Assembly: GCA_030841035.1 (NCBI GenBank)
Contig: JAVEDI010000026.1
Location: forward strand, 68 to 64,067
Direction of reading: 5' to 3'
Length of the DNA stretch: 64,000 nt
Origin: Actinomycetota bacterium
GTDB taxonomy: Bacteria; Actinomycetota; Actinomycetes; JACCUZ01
Shown: positions 10,744-18,787 of the stretch, piece after piece
Layout: every line of letters starts with the position of its first letter
Numbering within the stretch: position 1 is the stretch's first letter
Made by a program: the position numbers and the translations under genes
The notes under the pieces: generated by a model
The model's database searches: none
Told to the model about the DNA's origin: nothing
What the model saw: only the letters and a program-made list of their open reading frames with translations

Positions 10744-11622
10744 CCGGATCTTCGCGGGATCGGCGAAGTAGGCCGCGGGGTCACCGGGACGGCGAGCCGC
10801 GACGTCGTACACGAAGTCCTGCCCCGTCACGCCGCGGACCGTGTCGAAGACCTCCTTGACCGTGACGCCCTCGCCGCGTCCGACGTTGTAGATCTCGCCG
10901 GTGTCCTCGGCGTCCAGCCGCTGCGCTGCCGCGACGTGCGCCTCGGCCAGGTCGACGACGTGGATGTAGTCGCGGACGCACGACCCGTCGCGGGTGTCGT
11001 AGTCGTCGCCGAACAGCTGCGGGTTGCGTCCGGCGGTGATCGCCTCGAACGTCATCGGGATGAGGTTGGCGACGCTGCGGTCGCCGAGCTCGGGCGCGCC
11101 GGAGCCGGCCACGTTGAAATAGCGCAACGCCGCCCACCGCAGCGGCGCTGCGACGGCGAGGTCGCGCAGCATCCACTCCCCCGCCAGCTTGGTCTCGCCG
11201 TAGGGGCTCATCGGTGCCGTCGCGGTGTCCTCGGTGACGCGGTCGACCGGCGGGTTCCCGTAGACCGCCGCGCTCGAGGAGAACAGCACCCGGTCGACAC
11301 CCGCGTCGACGCACGTCTGCAGCAGCGACCGCATGCCGGCGACGTTCTCGTCCCAGTAGTGCAGCGGGCGCGCGACCGACTCGCCGACGGCCTTCTTGGC
11401 GGCGAGGTGCAGGACGCCGGTGACACCGTGCCCGCGCAGCGCGGCCCCGACGACGGCCGGGTCGGCGATCGACGCCTGCACGAACGGCACCTCGTCGGGC
11501 ACGTTGTCGCGGATGCCGGTCGACAGGTCGTCGAGCACCACGACGGGTACGCCGGCGCGCTGGAAGGCAGCGACGATGTGGGCGCCGATGTACCCGGCAC
11601 CCCCGGTCAGCATCCAGGTCAT
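10651..11622 (-). CDS. galE: UDP-glucose 4-epimerase.
   Basis: GGAGYIGAH Rossmann motif and SSSAAVYG...YGETK catalytic motif. Full length, 323 aa. Confidence 0.93.
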   Translation of the reverse strand: MTWMLTGGAGYIGAHIVAAFQRAGVPVVVLDDLSTGIRDNVPDEVPFVQASIADPAVVGAALRGHGVTGVLHLAAKKAVGESVARPLHYWDENVAGMRSLLQTCVDAGVDRVLFSSSAAVYGNPPVDRVTEDTATAPMSPYGETKLAGEWMLRDLAVAAPLRWAALRYFNVAGSGAPELGDRSVANLIPMTFEAITAGRNPQLFGDDYDTRDGSCVRDYIHVVDLAEAHVAAAQRLDAEDTGEIYNVGRGEGVTVKEVFDTVRGVTGQDFVYDVAARRPGDPAAYFADPAKIRSQLGWAARLHLADMVRTAWDSWQSRALGAS

Positions 11623-11645
11623 CGGGCGACCTTATCGGCCGGCCG

Positions 11646-12563
11646 TCACGCCCAGGTCCGGCCCGTGAGCCGCTCGTAGGCCTCGACGTACTTCGTCCGC
11701 GTCCGCGTCACGACGTCCTCCGGCAGGGGCGGCGGGGGCTCGCCGCTGTGCCGGTCCCACCCGGAGGCGGGCGAGGTGAGCCAGTCACGCACGAACTGCT
11801 TGTCGTACGACGGCTGTGCGCGCCCGGGCTGCCAGCCGTCGGCCGGCCAGAAGCGCGACGAGTCGGGCGTCAGGACCTCGTCGGCCAGCACGATCTCACC
11901 CCCGGGACCGCGGCCGAACTCGAGCTTGGTGTCGGCGACGATGACGCCGCGCTCACGCGCGATGTCACGGGCCCGGCCGTAGACCGCGAGAGTCAGCCGT
12001 CGCAGGTCGGCCGCGGCCCGGTCGCCGACCGTGCCCACCACGTCGTCGTACGTCACGTTCTCGTCGTGCTCGCCGAGGTCGGCCTTGCTGGCCGGCGTAA
12101 AGATCGGCTCGGGCAGCTCGGACCCGTCCAGGAGCCCCGCCGGCAGCGCGACGCCGCACACGGCACCGTCGGCGAGGTAGTCGGCCAGCCCGGAGCCGGT
12201 CAGGTAGCCGCGGGCCACGCACTCCACCGGGTACATGTCCAGCCGCCGGCACAGCAGCGCGCGGCCGGCCACCTGCGCGGGGACGTCGGTCGAGACGACG
12301 TGGTTGGGCACCAGGTCGGCCAGCCGCTCGAACCACCACAGCGACAACTGGGTGAGGATCGCCCCCTTGTCGGGGATCGGCGTGGGCAGCACGAAGTCGA
12401 AGGCCGACATGCGGTCGCTCGCGACCATCACCAGCTGACCGTCAGGTGTCCCGTAGAGGTCGCGGACCTTGCCGCTGTGCAGGTGGCGCAGGCCGGCCAG
12501 CTCACTCGGTGCCGTCACGGGCCGCAGTCTCGCAGCAGGAGTGACTGCCGCGACAGCGGGCAT
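11646..12563 (-). CDS. purC: Phosphoribosylaminoimidazole-succinocarboxamide synthase (SAICAR synthetase).
   Basis: ATG MPAVAAV...LRHLHSGKVRDLYG...RMSAFD...LADTKLEFG. 305 aa. The track ORF has an upstream run-on. Confidence 0.92.
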   Translation of the reverse strand: MPAVAAVTPAARLRPVTAPSELAGLRHLHSGKVRDLYGTPDGQLVMVASDRMSAFDFVLPTPIPDKGAILTQLSLWWFERLADLVPNHVVSTDVPAQVAGRALLCRRLDMYPVECVARGYLTGSGLADYLADGAVCGVALPAGLLDGSELPEPIFTPASKADLGEHDENVTYDDVVGTVGDRAAADLRRLTLAVYGRARDIARERGVIVADTKLEFGRGPGGEIVLADEVLTPDSSRFWPADGWQPGRAQPSYDKQFVRDWLTSPASGWDRHSGEPPPPLPEDVVTRTRTKYVEAYERLTGRTWA

Positions 12564-12572
12564 GCACCGGGC

Positions 12573-12791
12573 ATGACCGAGAACCGAGGCTTCGAGGACG
12601 ACGTCAACCCCGACGACGCGCAGGCACTCTCGCGGGACGAGGGCGGAGAGCCGGTCGCGGGCGCACCCGACCAGAACAGCACGACCGGCACGACGCCGAA
12701 CGAGGAGTTCGTGGGTCGTGGGTCCGGCGACGACGGCGGTTACGAGGGCGAGACCGGCGCGGAGGCGCGGGCGGCGACCGAGCGCGACTGA
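12573..12791 (+). CDS. Hypothetical small acidic protein, 72 aa.
   Basis: ATG MTENRGFEDDVNPDDAQALSRDEGGEPVAG...GDDGGYEGETGAEARAATERD with strong GC3 bias. Lies in the purC/PNPOx intergenic region, divergent from purC. Confidence 0.4.
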   Translation: MTENRGFEDDVNPDDAQALSRDEGGEPVAGAPDQNSTTGTTPNEEFVGRGSGDDGGYEGETGAEARAATERD

Positions 12792-12874
12792 CCCACCGCG
12801 TCGCGGACCGCACACCGGACGGGCCACAATCGCGGGGACGGGTCGTTCCCGGCCCCGCGCCGAAGGGACAGCTG

Positions 12875-13504
12875 GTGGAGTCAGCGGAGTGGGCCGAGAT
12901 CACCACCGCCGAGGAGCTGCGTGAGCTGCTCGGGGAGCCCGGCGCTCGGGCGGCTGCCAAGGAACGCAGGAGCCTGCACGAGTTCGACCGGGCCTGGCTG
13001 GCCGCGTCGCCGCTGTGCCTCCTCGCGACCTGCGCTGCCGACGGGACGTGCGACGTGTCACCCAAGGGTGACCCGCCCGGCTCCACCGTGGTGCTCGACG
13101 ACACGACGATCGCGCTGCCCGAGCGGCCGGGCAACCGTCGCGTCGACGGCTACCGCAACGTGCTGTCCAACCCCCACGCCGGTCTCATCTTCCTGGTGCC
13201 CGGACGCGGCGACACCCTGCGCATCAACGGCCGCGCCCGGCTGGTGCTCGACGCGCCGTTCCTCGACGACATGGTGCTCGAGGGACACCGTCCCGCCCTG
13301 GCGCTCGTCGTGGAGATCGAGGCGATCTTCTACCACTGCTCCAAGGCCTTCCTCCGTTCGCGGCTGTGGGACCCGGCGAGCTGGGACGCCGGCGACCTGC
13401 CGTCCCGCGCGATGATCGCCCGCACCCTGGAGCGGCCCGAGGCCAGCCTCGCCGAGCTGCAGCAGTACTACGGGCCCGAGTACGCGACGCGCCTCTACCG
13501 CTGA
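12875..13504 (+). CDS. Pyridoxamine 5'-phosphate oxidase-like FMN-binding family protein.
   Basis: 209-aa ORF with PNPOx-like split-barrel signatures (LCLLATCAADGTCDVSPKGDPPG, RNVLSNPHAGLIFLVPGRGDTLRINGRARL). Confidence 0.7.
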   Translation: MESAEWAEITTAEELRELLGEPGARAAAKERRSLHEFDRAWLAASPLCLLATCAADGTCDVSPKGDPPGSTVVLDDTTIALPERPGNRRVDGYRNVLSNPHAGLIFLVPGRGDTLRINGRARLVLDAPFLDDMVLEGHRPALALVVEIEAIFYHCSKAFLRSRLWDPASWDAGDLPSRAMIARTLERPEASLAELQQYYGPEYATRLYR

Positions 13505-13599
13505 GGATCGCCGCATCGGGGGATGCGGGCCACCTCGAGCCACCACCACCGTGCGGAGGGTCCGCGACGGCCGCGGACGGCGCACCGCAGGAGGCCACG

Positions 13600-14088
13600 A
13601 TGTCCGCGTCCCCGGAGGCGGGCCGAGCCCGCATCGTCGTCGGCGTCGACGGGTCCGAGGCGTCCCGGGCCGCGTTGCGGTGGGCGGCGGAGGAGGCGTC
13701 GCTGCGCGACGCCGAGCTGCAGGCGCTGCTCGTCTGGGAACCACCCCTGCCGTGGATCTACGGGCCGGTCGGCGCGGCGCAGATCGCCTACGTCGGCATG
13801 GCTCCCCTGATCGACCCTGCGCAGGTCGAGCGACGGGCCCGGGAGACGCTGGCTCAGGCCGTCGCCGAGGCCTTCGGTGACCAGCCGCCGCCGGACGTCG
13901 AGCAGGAGGTCATCCAGGGCAACCCGGCCGCCGTCCTGATCGCCCAGGCGACGGACGCGAGCATGCTCGTGCTCGGCACGAAGGGCCACGGCAAGCTGCT
14001 CGGCGTCGACCTCGGGTCCACCGCGGAGAAGTGCCTGCGCCACGCGTCGTGCAACGTGATCGTGATCCGCCCCAGGAAGCGCGGCTAG
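13600..14088 (+). CDS. Universal stress protein (UspA family).
   Basis: MSASPEAGRARIVVGVDGSEAS...GTKGHGKLLGVDLGSTAEKCLRHASCNVIVIR, the canonical Usp ATP-binding motif. Confidence 0.88.
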   Translation: MSASPEAGRARIVVGVDGSEASRAALRWAAEEASLRDAELQALLVWEPPLPWIYGPVGAAQIAYVGMAPLIDPAQVERRARETLAQAVAEAFGDQPPPDVEQEVIQGNPAAVLIAQATDASMLVLGTKGHGKLLGVDLGSTAEKCLRHASCNVIVIRPRKRG

Positions 14089-15521
14089 AGGATCGGGGCG
14101 GGTGTGTAACCCGCCGCCGCCGGGTGCCGACGTACGACGTCGCCGACGCGCGCCACGACGGCGGCGACCTGCGCGCCGGCGGCGCCGGTGAACGACAGCG
14201 GCTCGTCGACGAGCGCGTCGAGCTGGGCCTGCGACAGGCCGAGGCGGGCGTCGCCGGCCAGCCGATCGAACAGGTCGTTGCCGTCCAGACCCGACTCGCG
14301 CATCTCGAGCGCGACGGCGACGGCGTGCTCCTTGATCGCCTCGTGGGCCTGCTCTCGGCCGACCCCGGCACGTACGGCGGCCATCAGCACCTTGGTGGTC
14401 GCGAGGAACGGCAGGTAGCGGTCGAGCTCGCGGCGGGCGACGGCGGGGTAGGCGCCGAAGTCGTCGAGCACGGTCAGGAACGTCTCGAACAGCCCGTCGA
14501 GGGCGAAGAACGCGTCGGGCAGGGCGACCCGGCGTACGACCGAGCAGGAGACGTCGCCCTCGTTCCACTGGTCGCCGGCGAGCTCGCCCACCATCGAGAG
14601 GTAGCCGCGCAGCACCACGGCCAGGCCGTTGACCCGCTCGCAGGAACGCGTGTTCATCTTGTGCGGCATGGCGCTCGAGCCGACCTGGCCGGGCTGGAAC
14701 CCCTCGGTCACCAGCTCCTGCCCGGCCATCAGCCGGATGGTCGTGGCCAGGCTCGACGGCCCGGCCGCGAGCTGCACCAGGGAGGAGACGACGTCGAAGT
14801 CCAGCGACCGCGGGTAGACCTGGCCGACGCTGGTCAGCACCCGCTGGAACCCCAGATGCTGCGCGACCCGCTGCTCGAGCTCGGCGAGCTTGGCCGTGTC
14901 GCCGCCCAGCAGGTCGAGCTGGTCCTGGGCGGTGCCGACCGGGCCCTTGATGCCACGCAGCGGGTAGCGCTCCAGCAGGTCCTCGACCCGCTCCACCGCC
15001 AGCAGCAGCTCCTCGGCCGCCGACGCGAACCGCTTGCCGAGTGTCGTCGCCTGGGCGGCGACGTTGTGGCTGCGACCGGCGAGCACGAGGCCGGTGTGGA
15101 CGGCCGCCAGCTGGGCCAGGCGGGCCAGGGCCGCGACCGCGCGGTCGCGCACCAGCGCGAGCGACTCGCGGACCTGCAGCTGTTCGACGTTCTCGGTGAG
15201 GTCGCGGCTGGTCATGCCCTTGTGGATGTGCTCGTGCCCGGCCAGGGCGCTGAACTCCTCGATGCGCGCCTTGACGTCGTGGCGGGTGATCGACTCCCGG
15301 CGGCGGATGGAGTCGAGGTCGACGTCGTCGATGACCTTCTCGTAGGCCTCGACCGCACCGTCGGGCACGTCGATGCCCAGGTCGCGCTGGGCCTGCAGGA
15401 CGGCGATCCAGAGCCGGCGTTCCGCGACGATCTTCTGCTGCGGCGACCAGATGCCGGTCAGCTCGGCGCTGGCGTAACGGGCCGCGAGGACGTCGGGCAC
15501 GACAGGTGAGGTGGAGGTCAC
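14085..15521 (-). CDS. purB: Adenylosuccinate lyase.
   Basis: GTG VTSTSPVVPDVLAARYASAELTGIWSPQQK...GSSAMPHKMNTRSCERV (fumarate-lyase signature). 479 aa. The 562-aa track ORF is a run-on into the repeat region. Confidence 0.93.
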   Translation of the reverse strand: MTSTSPVVPDVLAARYASAELTGIWSPQQKIVAERRLWIAVLQAQRDLGIDVPDGAVEAYEKVIDDVDLDSIRRRESITRHDVKARIEEFSALAGHEHIHKGMTSRDLTENVEQLQVRESLALVRDRAVAALARLAQLAAVHTGLVLAGRSHNVAAQATTLGKRFASAAEELLLAVERVEDLLERYPLRGIKGPVGTAQDQLDLLGGDTAKLAELEQRVAQHLGFQRVLTSVGQVYPRSLDFDVVSSLVQLAAGPSSLATTIRLMAGQELVTEGFQPGQVGSSAMPHKMNTRSCERVNGLAVVLRGYLSMVGELAGDQWNEGDVSCSVVRRVALPDAFFALDGLFETFLTVLDDFGAYPAVARRELDRYLPFLATTKVLMAAVRAGVGREQAHEAIKEHAVAVALEMRESGLDGNDLFDRLAGDARLGLSQAQLDALVDEPLSFTGAAGAQVAAVVARVGDVVRRHPAAAGYTPAPIL

Positions 15522-15574
15522 GGCCCCATTGTCCCGCAGCGGCTGCCCGCAGCGGCCACCGGCGACTCGGCCGT

Positions 15575-15840
15575 CCCGGTGATCGTGCGAGTGGGCCCGA
15601 CGGTGATCGTGAGGAAGAACGGCACCAATTCGGTGCTGATCCCCCTCACGATCACCGACAGGGGGGACCGGAGCAGCGCGGACCAGGGGGGTGGGAGCGG
15701 CGGGGGGACCGGGGGAACCGGAGCGGCGGCGAGTGGGGCCCGACCGGTGATCGTGAGGAAGAACGGCACCCATTCGGTGCTGATCCCCCTCACGATCACC
15801 CGACAGGGGGGGTCGGAGCGGCGGCGAGTGGGCCCGACCG
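15575..15840. repeat. Second locus of the nested-palindrome repeat family. Two full copies at ~144-bp period plus partial flanking copies of GTGATCGTGAGGAAGAACGGCACC(A/C)ATTCGGTGCTGATCCCCCTCACGATCAC.
   Basis: Cores at 15602-15656 and 15746-15800. Each is preceded by gagtgggcccgac and followed by cgacaggggggg. The outer 12-bp arms are identical to the locus-1 arms. Lies between the dinB-like gene end and the purB start. Confidence 0.85.
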
Positions 15841-15860
15841 GTGCGGCGGGGACCGGCGGG

Positions 15861-16373
15861 CTAGGTGCGGCGCTCGAGGACGCCTCGGACGTACGCCGCC
15901 TGCCCGACGTGCTGCAGGTCGTCACCGATCACGCTGAGCAGCCGTACGCCGAGGGTCACCGGCGGGTCCCAGTTCTCGTCGACGATCCGGTCGAGGTCGC
16001 CGTCGGAGCGGTCGCGGACCCAGCGGACGGTCCGGTCGTGGACCGCGTCGTGGTAGCCGAGCAGCAGGTCGACGGAACCGACCCGGAACGCCGCCACCTC
16101 CGCCGGCGACTGCCCGAAACCGGTGGCCGAGGCGTCGTAGGGCAGCCCGAACCGCTGCACCCAGCCCTCGGCTGTCCACACCTGTTCCCGCCCGGCGACC
16201 TCGGCGACGTGGGAGTCCTGCACCCGGGAGAGGTGCCAGACCAGCCACCCGATCGGGTTGGCCCCCTCGTCGAGGCGCGCGACCAGCTGCTCCGGCGAAA
16301 GGCCCTCGACGGTGGCAGGCACCAGGTCGCGGATGTTGTCGAAGGCCTGGACCAGCACGCCGGCTGCGTTCAT
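15861..16373 (-). CDS. DinB/DUF664-family protein (mycothiol-dependent transferase-like).
   Basis: 170-aa ORF with the WLVWHLSRVQDSHVAE and LQHVGQAAYVRGVLERR helices typical of the DinB_2 four-helix bundle. Confidence 0.7.
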   Translation of the reverse strand: MNAAGVLVQAFDNIRDLVPATVEGLSPEQLVARLDEGANPIGWLVWHLSRVQDSHVAEVAGREQVWTAEGWVQRFGLPYDASATGFGQSPAEVAAFRVGSVDLLLGYHDAVHDRTVRWVRDRSDGDLDRIVDENWDPPVTLGVRLLSVIGDDLQHVGQAAYVRGVLERRT

Positions 16374-16391
16374 CGGGGCTCCTAACGGCTC

Positions 16392-18011
16392 CTAACGGTG
16401 CAGGGTGACCAGCATGAGTGTGGTCACCAGCACTGAGGCCAGCAGCACCAGAGCCGGCCAGATCGTGCGGCGCAGCACCGCGCTGACGGTCGTGCGGTTG
16501 CCGACAGCGATGACGCCCAGGGTGATCACCACGGGGGCCAGCGAGTTGCCGACGTTCGCGCCGGCCGTCTGCGCCGCCAGCAGGTCGGCCGGGCGGTCGC
16601 CGATCAGCTGCGCGACGTCGTGCTGCAGCGCCGCGAACAGCGCGTTGGAGCTGGTCGTCGAGCCGGTGATGAACGATCCGAGCGCCCCGACGAAGGGCGC
16701 CGCGACCGGGTAGCCGCGACCCGCCGCCTCGGCCGCACCGATCGCCATGGCGCGCACCATCCCGCTGTCGACCAGCACCCCGGCGACCGAGGCGAGCAGC
16801 ACCACCGACGGCGTCGACTTCCACGACTGGGCCAGCCACGGGCGGCGTACCTCCTGCCAGGTGCCGCGTCGCCACACGCCCCGGGCACGCCACACCACCA
16901 CCGACACCAGCGCGGCGACGAGCAGGAAGGTGCCCGGGTGCCCGAGCAGCGCGATCGGGTTGTACGTCGGTGCCGCCGCCGTGCGGGTGCCCTGCGAGGT
17001 GGCGGTGGCGGGGAAGTCGGGCCCCAGCAGCAGGTGCGACTTGACCCAGCCGCGCAGGGCCGGCGGCACGAAGACGGCCAGCGCGACGACGCTGAGCACG
17101 ACGTAGGGCACCGCCGCAGCCCTGGCCCGCACCGCCGGCGTCGCCCCTTCGACCAGCGCGGCGCCCGGGCCGCCGACGGGCACCGGCTCAGGCCGGACCC
17201 GGCCGCCGCGGCGCCCGAGCGCCCGCAGCGCCGCGACGGCCAGCAGCCCCGCGGTGCCGGCGCACAGCGCGCCGACCGCAGGCTCGCCGCGCACCGCCAC
17301 CCCCTGGGCCAGCGCCATGGCCGGACCGGCCAGCGCGAGCACCGGCCACCCCTCGCGCAGCCCGCGCACCCCGCCGTACATCAGCGCGACCAGCACCCCC
17401 GACACGAGCACGTTGACCCCCAGCAGCACCGCCTGCGAGGCGGCGTACTCCCGGGTCTGCATGGCGGAGAGGTGGGCCGTGAACGCGCCCATGTAGAACG
17501 AGGAGCCCATCGACCCGAAGCCGACCGCCCAGTGGTAGCCCACCAGCGGCAGCGCGACGGCCATGGTCGCGTCGACGCCGATCGCGAGCAGCAGCGGCGC
17601 GCAGATCGCGATCGGCGTGCCGAAGCCGGACACGCCCTGCAGGAACGAGGGCAGCACCCAGGCGAGCAGCAACACGTTCTGGGTGGGTCGGGGCAGCACG
17701 TTCTCGAGGGACTCGGCCAGCTCGCGCATGCCGATGCGGTTGGCCAGGTGGTGCATCAGCAGCGCCGGCCAGATCACGTAGAGGATCCAGACGCCGACCC
17801 AGAGGCCCTTGCCCAGCCCGACCGCCAGCACGGCGGGGCCCGCACCGAAGGCGGCGGCCGCGACGACTGCGGCGACGAGCACGGTCAGCAGCGCGTTGAC
17901 GGGCGTGCCGAACCGGCCCCACAGCACCAGGCCGAGCAGGACCACCACCGGGGTGACCGCCAGCAGCCAGGTCGCCGCGGAGACGGCGCCGAGCGGCCCG
18001 GCGCTCAGCAC
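16392..18011 (-). CDS. lctP: L-lactate permease (LctP family).
   Basis: 539 aa with 12 or more TM segments and LctP family blocks (PLLLAIGVDATMAVALPLVGYHWAVGFGSMGSSF, GSFITGSTTSSNALFAALQ). Confidence 0.88.
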   Translation of the reverse strand: MLSAGPLGAVSAATWLLAVTPVVVLLGLVLWGRFGTPVNALLTVLVAAVVAAAAFGAGPAVLAVGLGKGLWVGVWILYVIWPALLMHHLANRIGMRELAESLENVLPRPTQNVLLLAWVLPSFLQGVSGFGTPIAICAPLLLAIGVDATMAVALPLVGYHWAVGFGSMGSSFYMGAFTAHLSAMQTREYAASQAVLLGVNVLVSGVLVALMYGGVRGLREGWPVLALAGPAMALAQGVAVRGEPAVGALCAGTAGLLAVAALRALGRRGGRVRPEPVPVGGPGAALVEGATPAVRARAAAVPYVVLSVVALAVFVPPALRGWVKSHLLLGPDFPATATSQGTRTAAAPTYNPIALLGHPGTFLLVAALVSVVVWRARGVWRRGTWQEVRRPWLAQSWKSTPSVVLLASVAGVLVDSGMVRAMAIGAAEAAGRGYPVAAPFVGALGSFITGSTTSSNALFAALQHDVAQLIGDRPADLLAAQTAGANVGNSLAPVVITLGVIAVGNRTTVSAVLRRTIWPALVLLASVLVTTLMLVTLHR

Positions 18012-18017
18012 GTTGTC

Positions 18018-18027
18018 CTTCGTATAC
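18018..18027. promoter_or_regulatory. Candidate GntR/FadR-type operator half-palindrome tcGTATACag in the lctP / GntR divergent intergenic region.
   Basis: An AT-rich near-palindrome inside an otherwise GC-rich 80-bp intergenic region. It fits the generic FadR-subfamily yGT-N2-ACr pattern. Confidence 0.25.
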
Positions 18028-18091
18028 AGTCGGCGGTAACGGCGTAGAAACCGCCCGGAAACGACCTGTGCGGTGAGGGGAGGCCGCTCCG

Positions 18092-18787
18092 GTGGCTCGG
18101 GAGGACCTGCGGATCGGCGAGCAGCACCTCAACCTGCGCGACCAGGTGCTCTCCGAGCTGCGCCGGCGCATCGTGGACGCCCACTACCTGCCGGGCGAGC
18201 GACTGACCGAGGACCGGCTCGCGGCCGACTTCGGTGTGTCGCGCAACCCCGTACGCGAGGCGCTGCGGGTGGTCGAGGCCGAGGGTTTCGTGCAGATCCA
18301 GCCCCGACGGGGCGCGGTCGTCGCCAGCCCCGACGCGGACACGATGCGCGACATGTTCCTCGCCCGGGCGGTGCTCGAGCCGCTCGCGGCGCGACTCGCC
18401 GCCACCCGCGCGACCCCCACGGACCTCCGCCAGCTGCGCTCGCTGCTGGACGAGGCGCGGGCGGCCACCGAGGCGGGCGACTTCGTGCGGGTGGCCGAGC
18501 TCAACAGCGCCCTGCACCGGCAGGTGGTCGCGCTCTCGGGAAACCGCTGGCTCGTGCAGTTCTCGGTGGCGATGTACCGCCACGTGCACTGGGTGTTCCG
18601 GCTCGGCGCGGCGGCGCGCGCGACACACTCCTGGGAGGAGCACGTGCGGCTGGTGGAGGCGCTCGAGGCGCACGACCCCGACGCCGCCGAGCGGGCCGCC
18701 GCGGACCACGTGCACGCGGCGCAGAGCGCGGCGATCGACGCAGCGGTGACGGCGGAGCAGGCCACGTCGGAGGCGGCGCTCGGCTAG
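18092..18787 (+). CDS. GntR-family transcriptional regulator, FadR/FCD subfamily. LldR-like by context.
   Basis: N-terminal winged HTH (YLPGERLTEDRLAADFGVSRNPVREALRVVEAEGFV) plus a C-terminal FCD domain. Divergent from lctP. Confidence 0.85.
   Translation: MAREDLRIGEQHLNLRDQVLSELRRRIVDAHYLPGERLTEDRLAADFGVSRNPVREALRVVEAEGFVQIQPRRGAVVASPDADTMRDMFLARAVLEPLAARLAATRATPTDLRQLRSLLDEARAATEAGDFVRVAELNSALHRQVVALSGNRWLVQFSVAMYRHVHWVFRLGAAARATHSWEEHVRLVEALEAHDPDAAERAAADHVHAAQSAAIDAAVTAEQATSEAALG

Noticed and set aside
11748-12791. 347-aa + strand ORF
   Set aside because: Most of it is antisense to purC. Only the C-terminal 72 aa (12573-12791), which lie in intergenic DNA, were kept as a low-confidence small ORF.
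14031-15509. 492-aa + strand ORF
   Set aside because: Antisense to purB.
16620-18047. 475-aa + strand ORF
   Set aside because: Antisense to the lactate permease gene lctP. Composition is Arg/Gly-rich.
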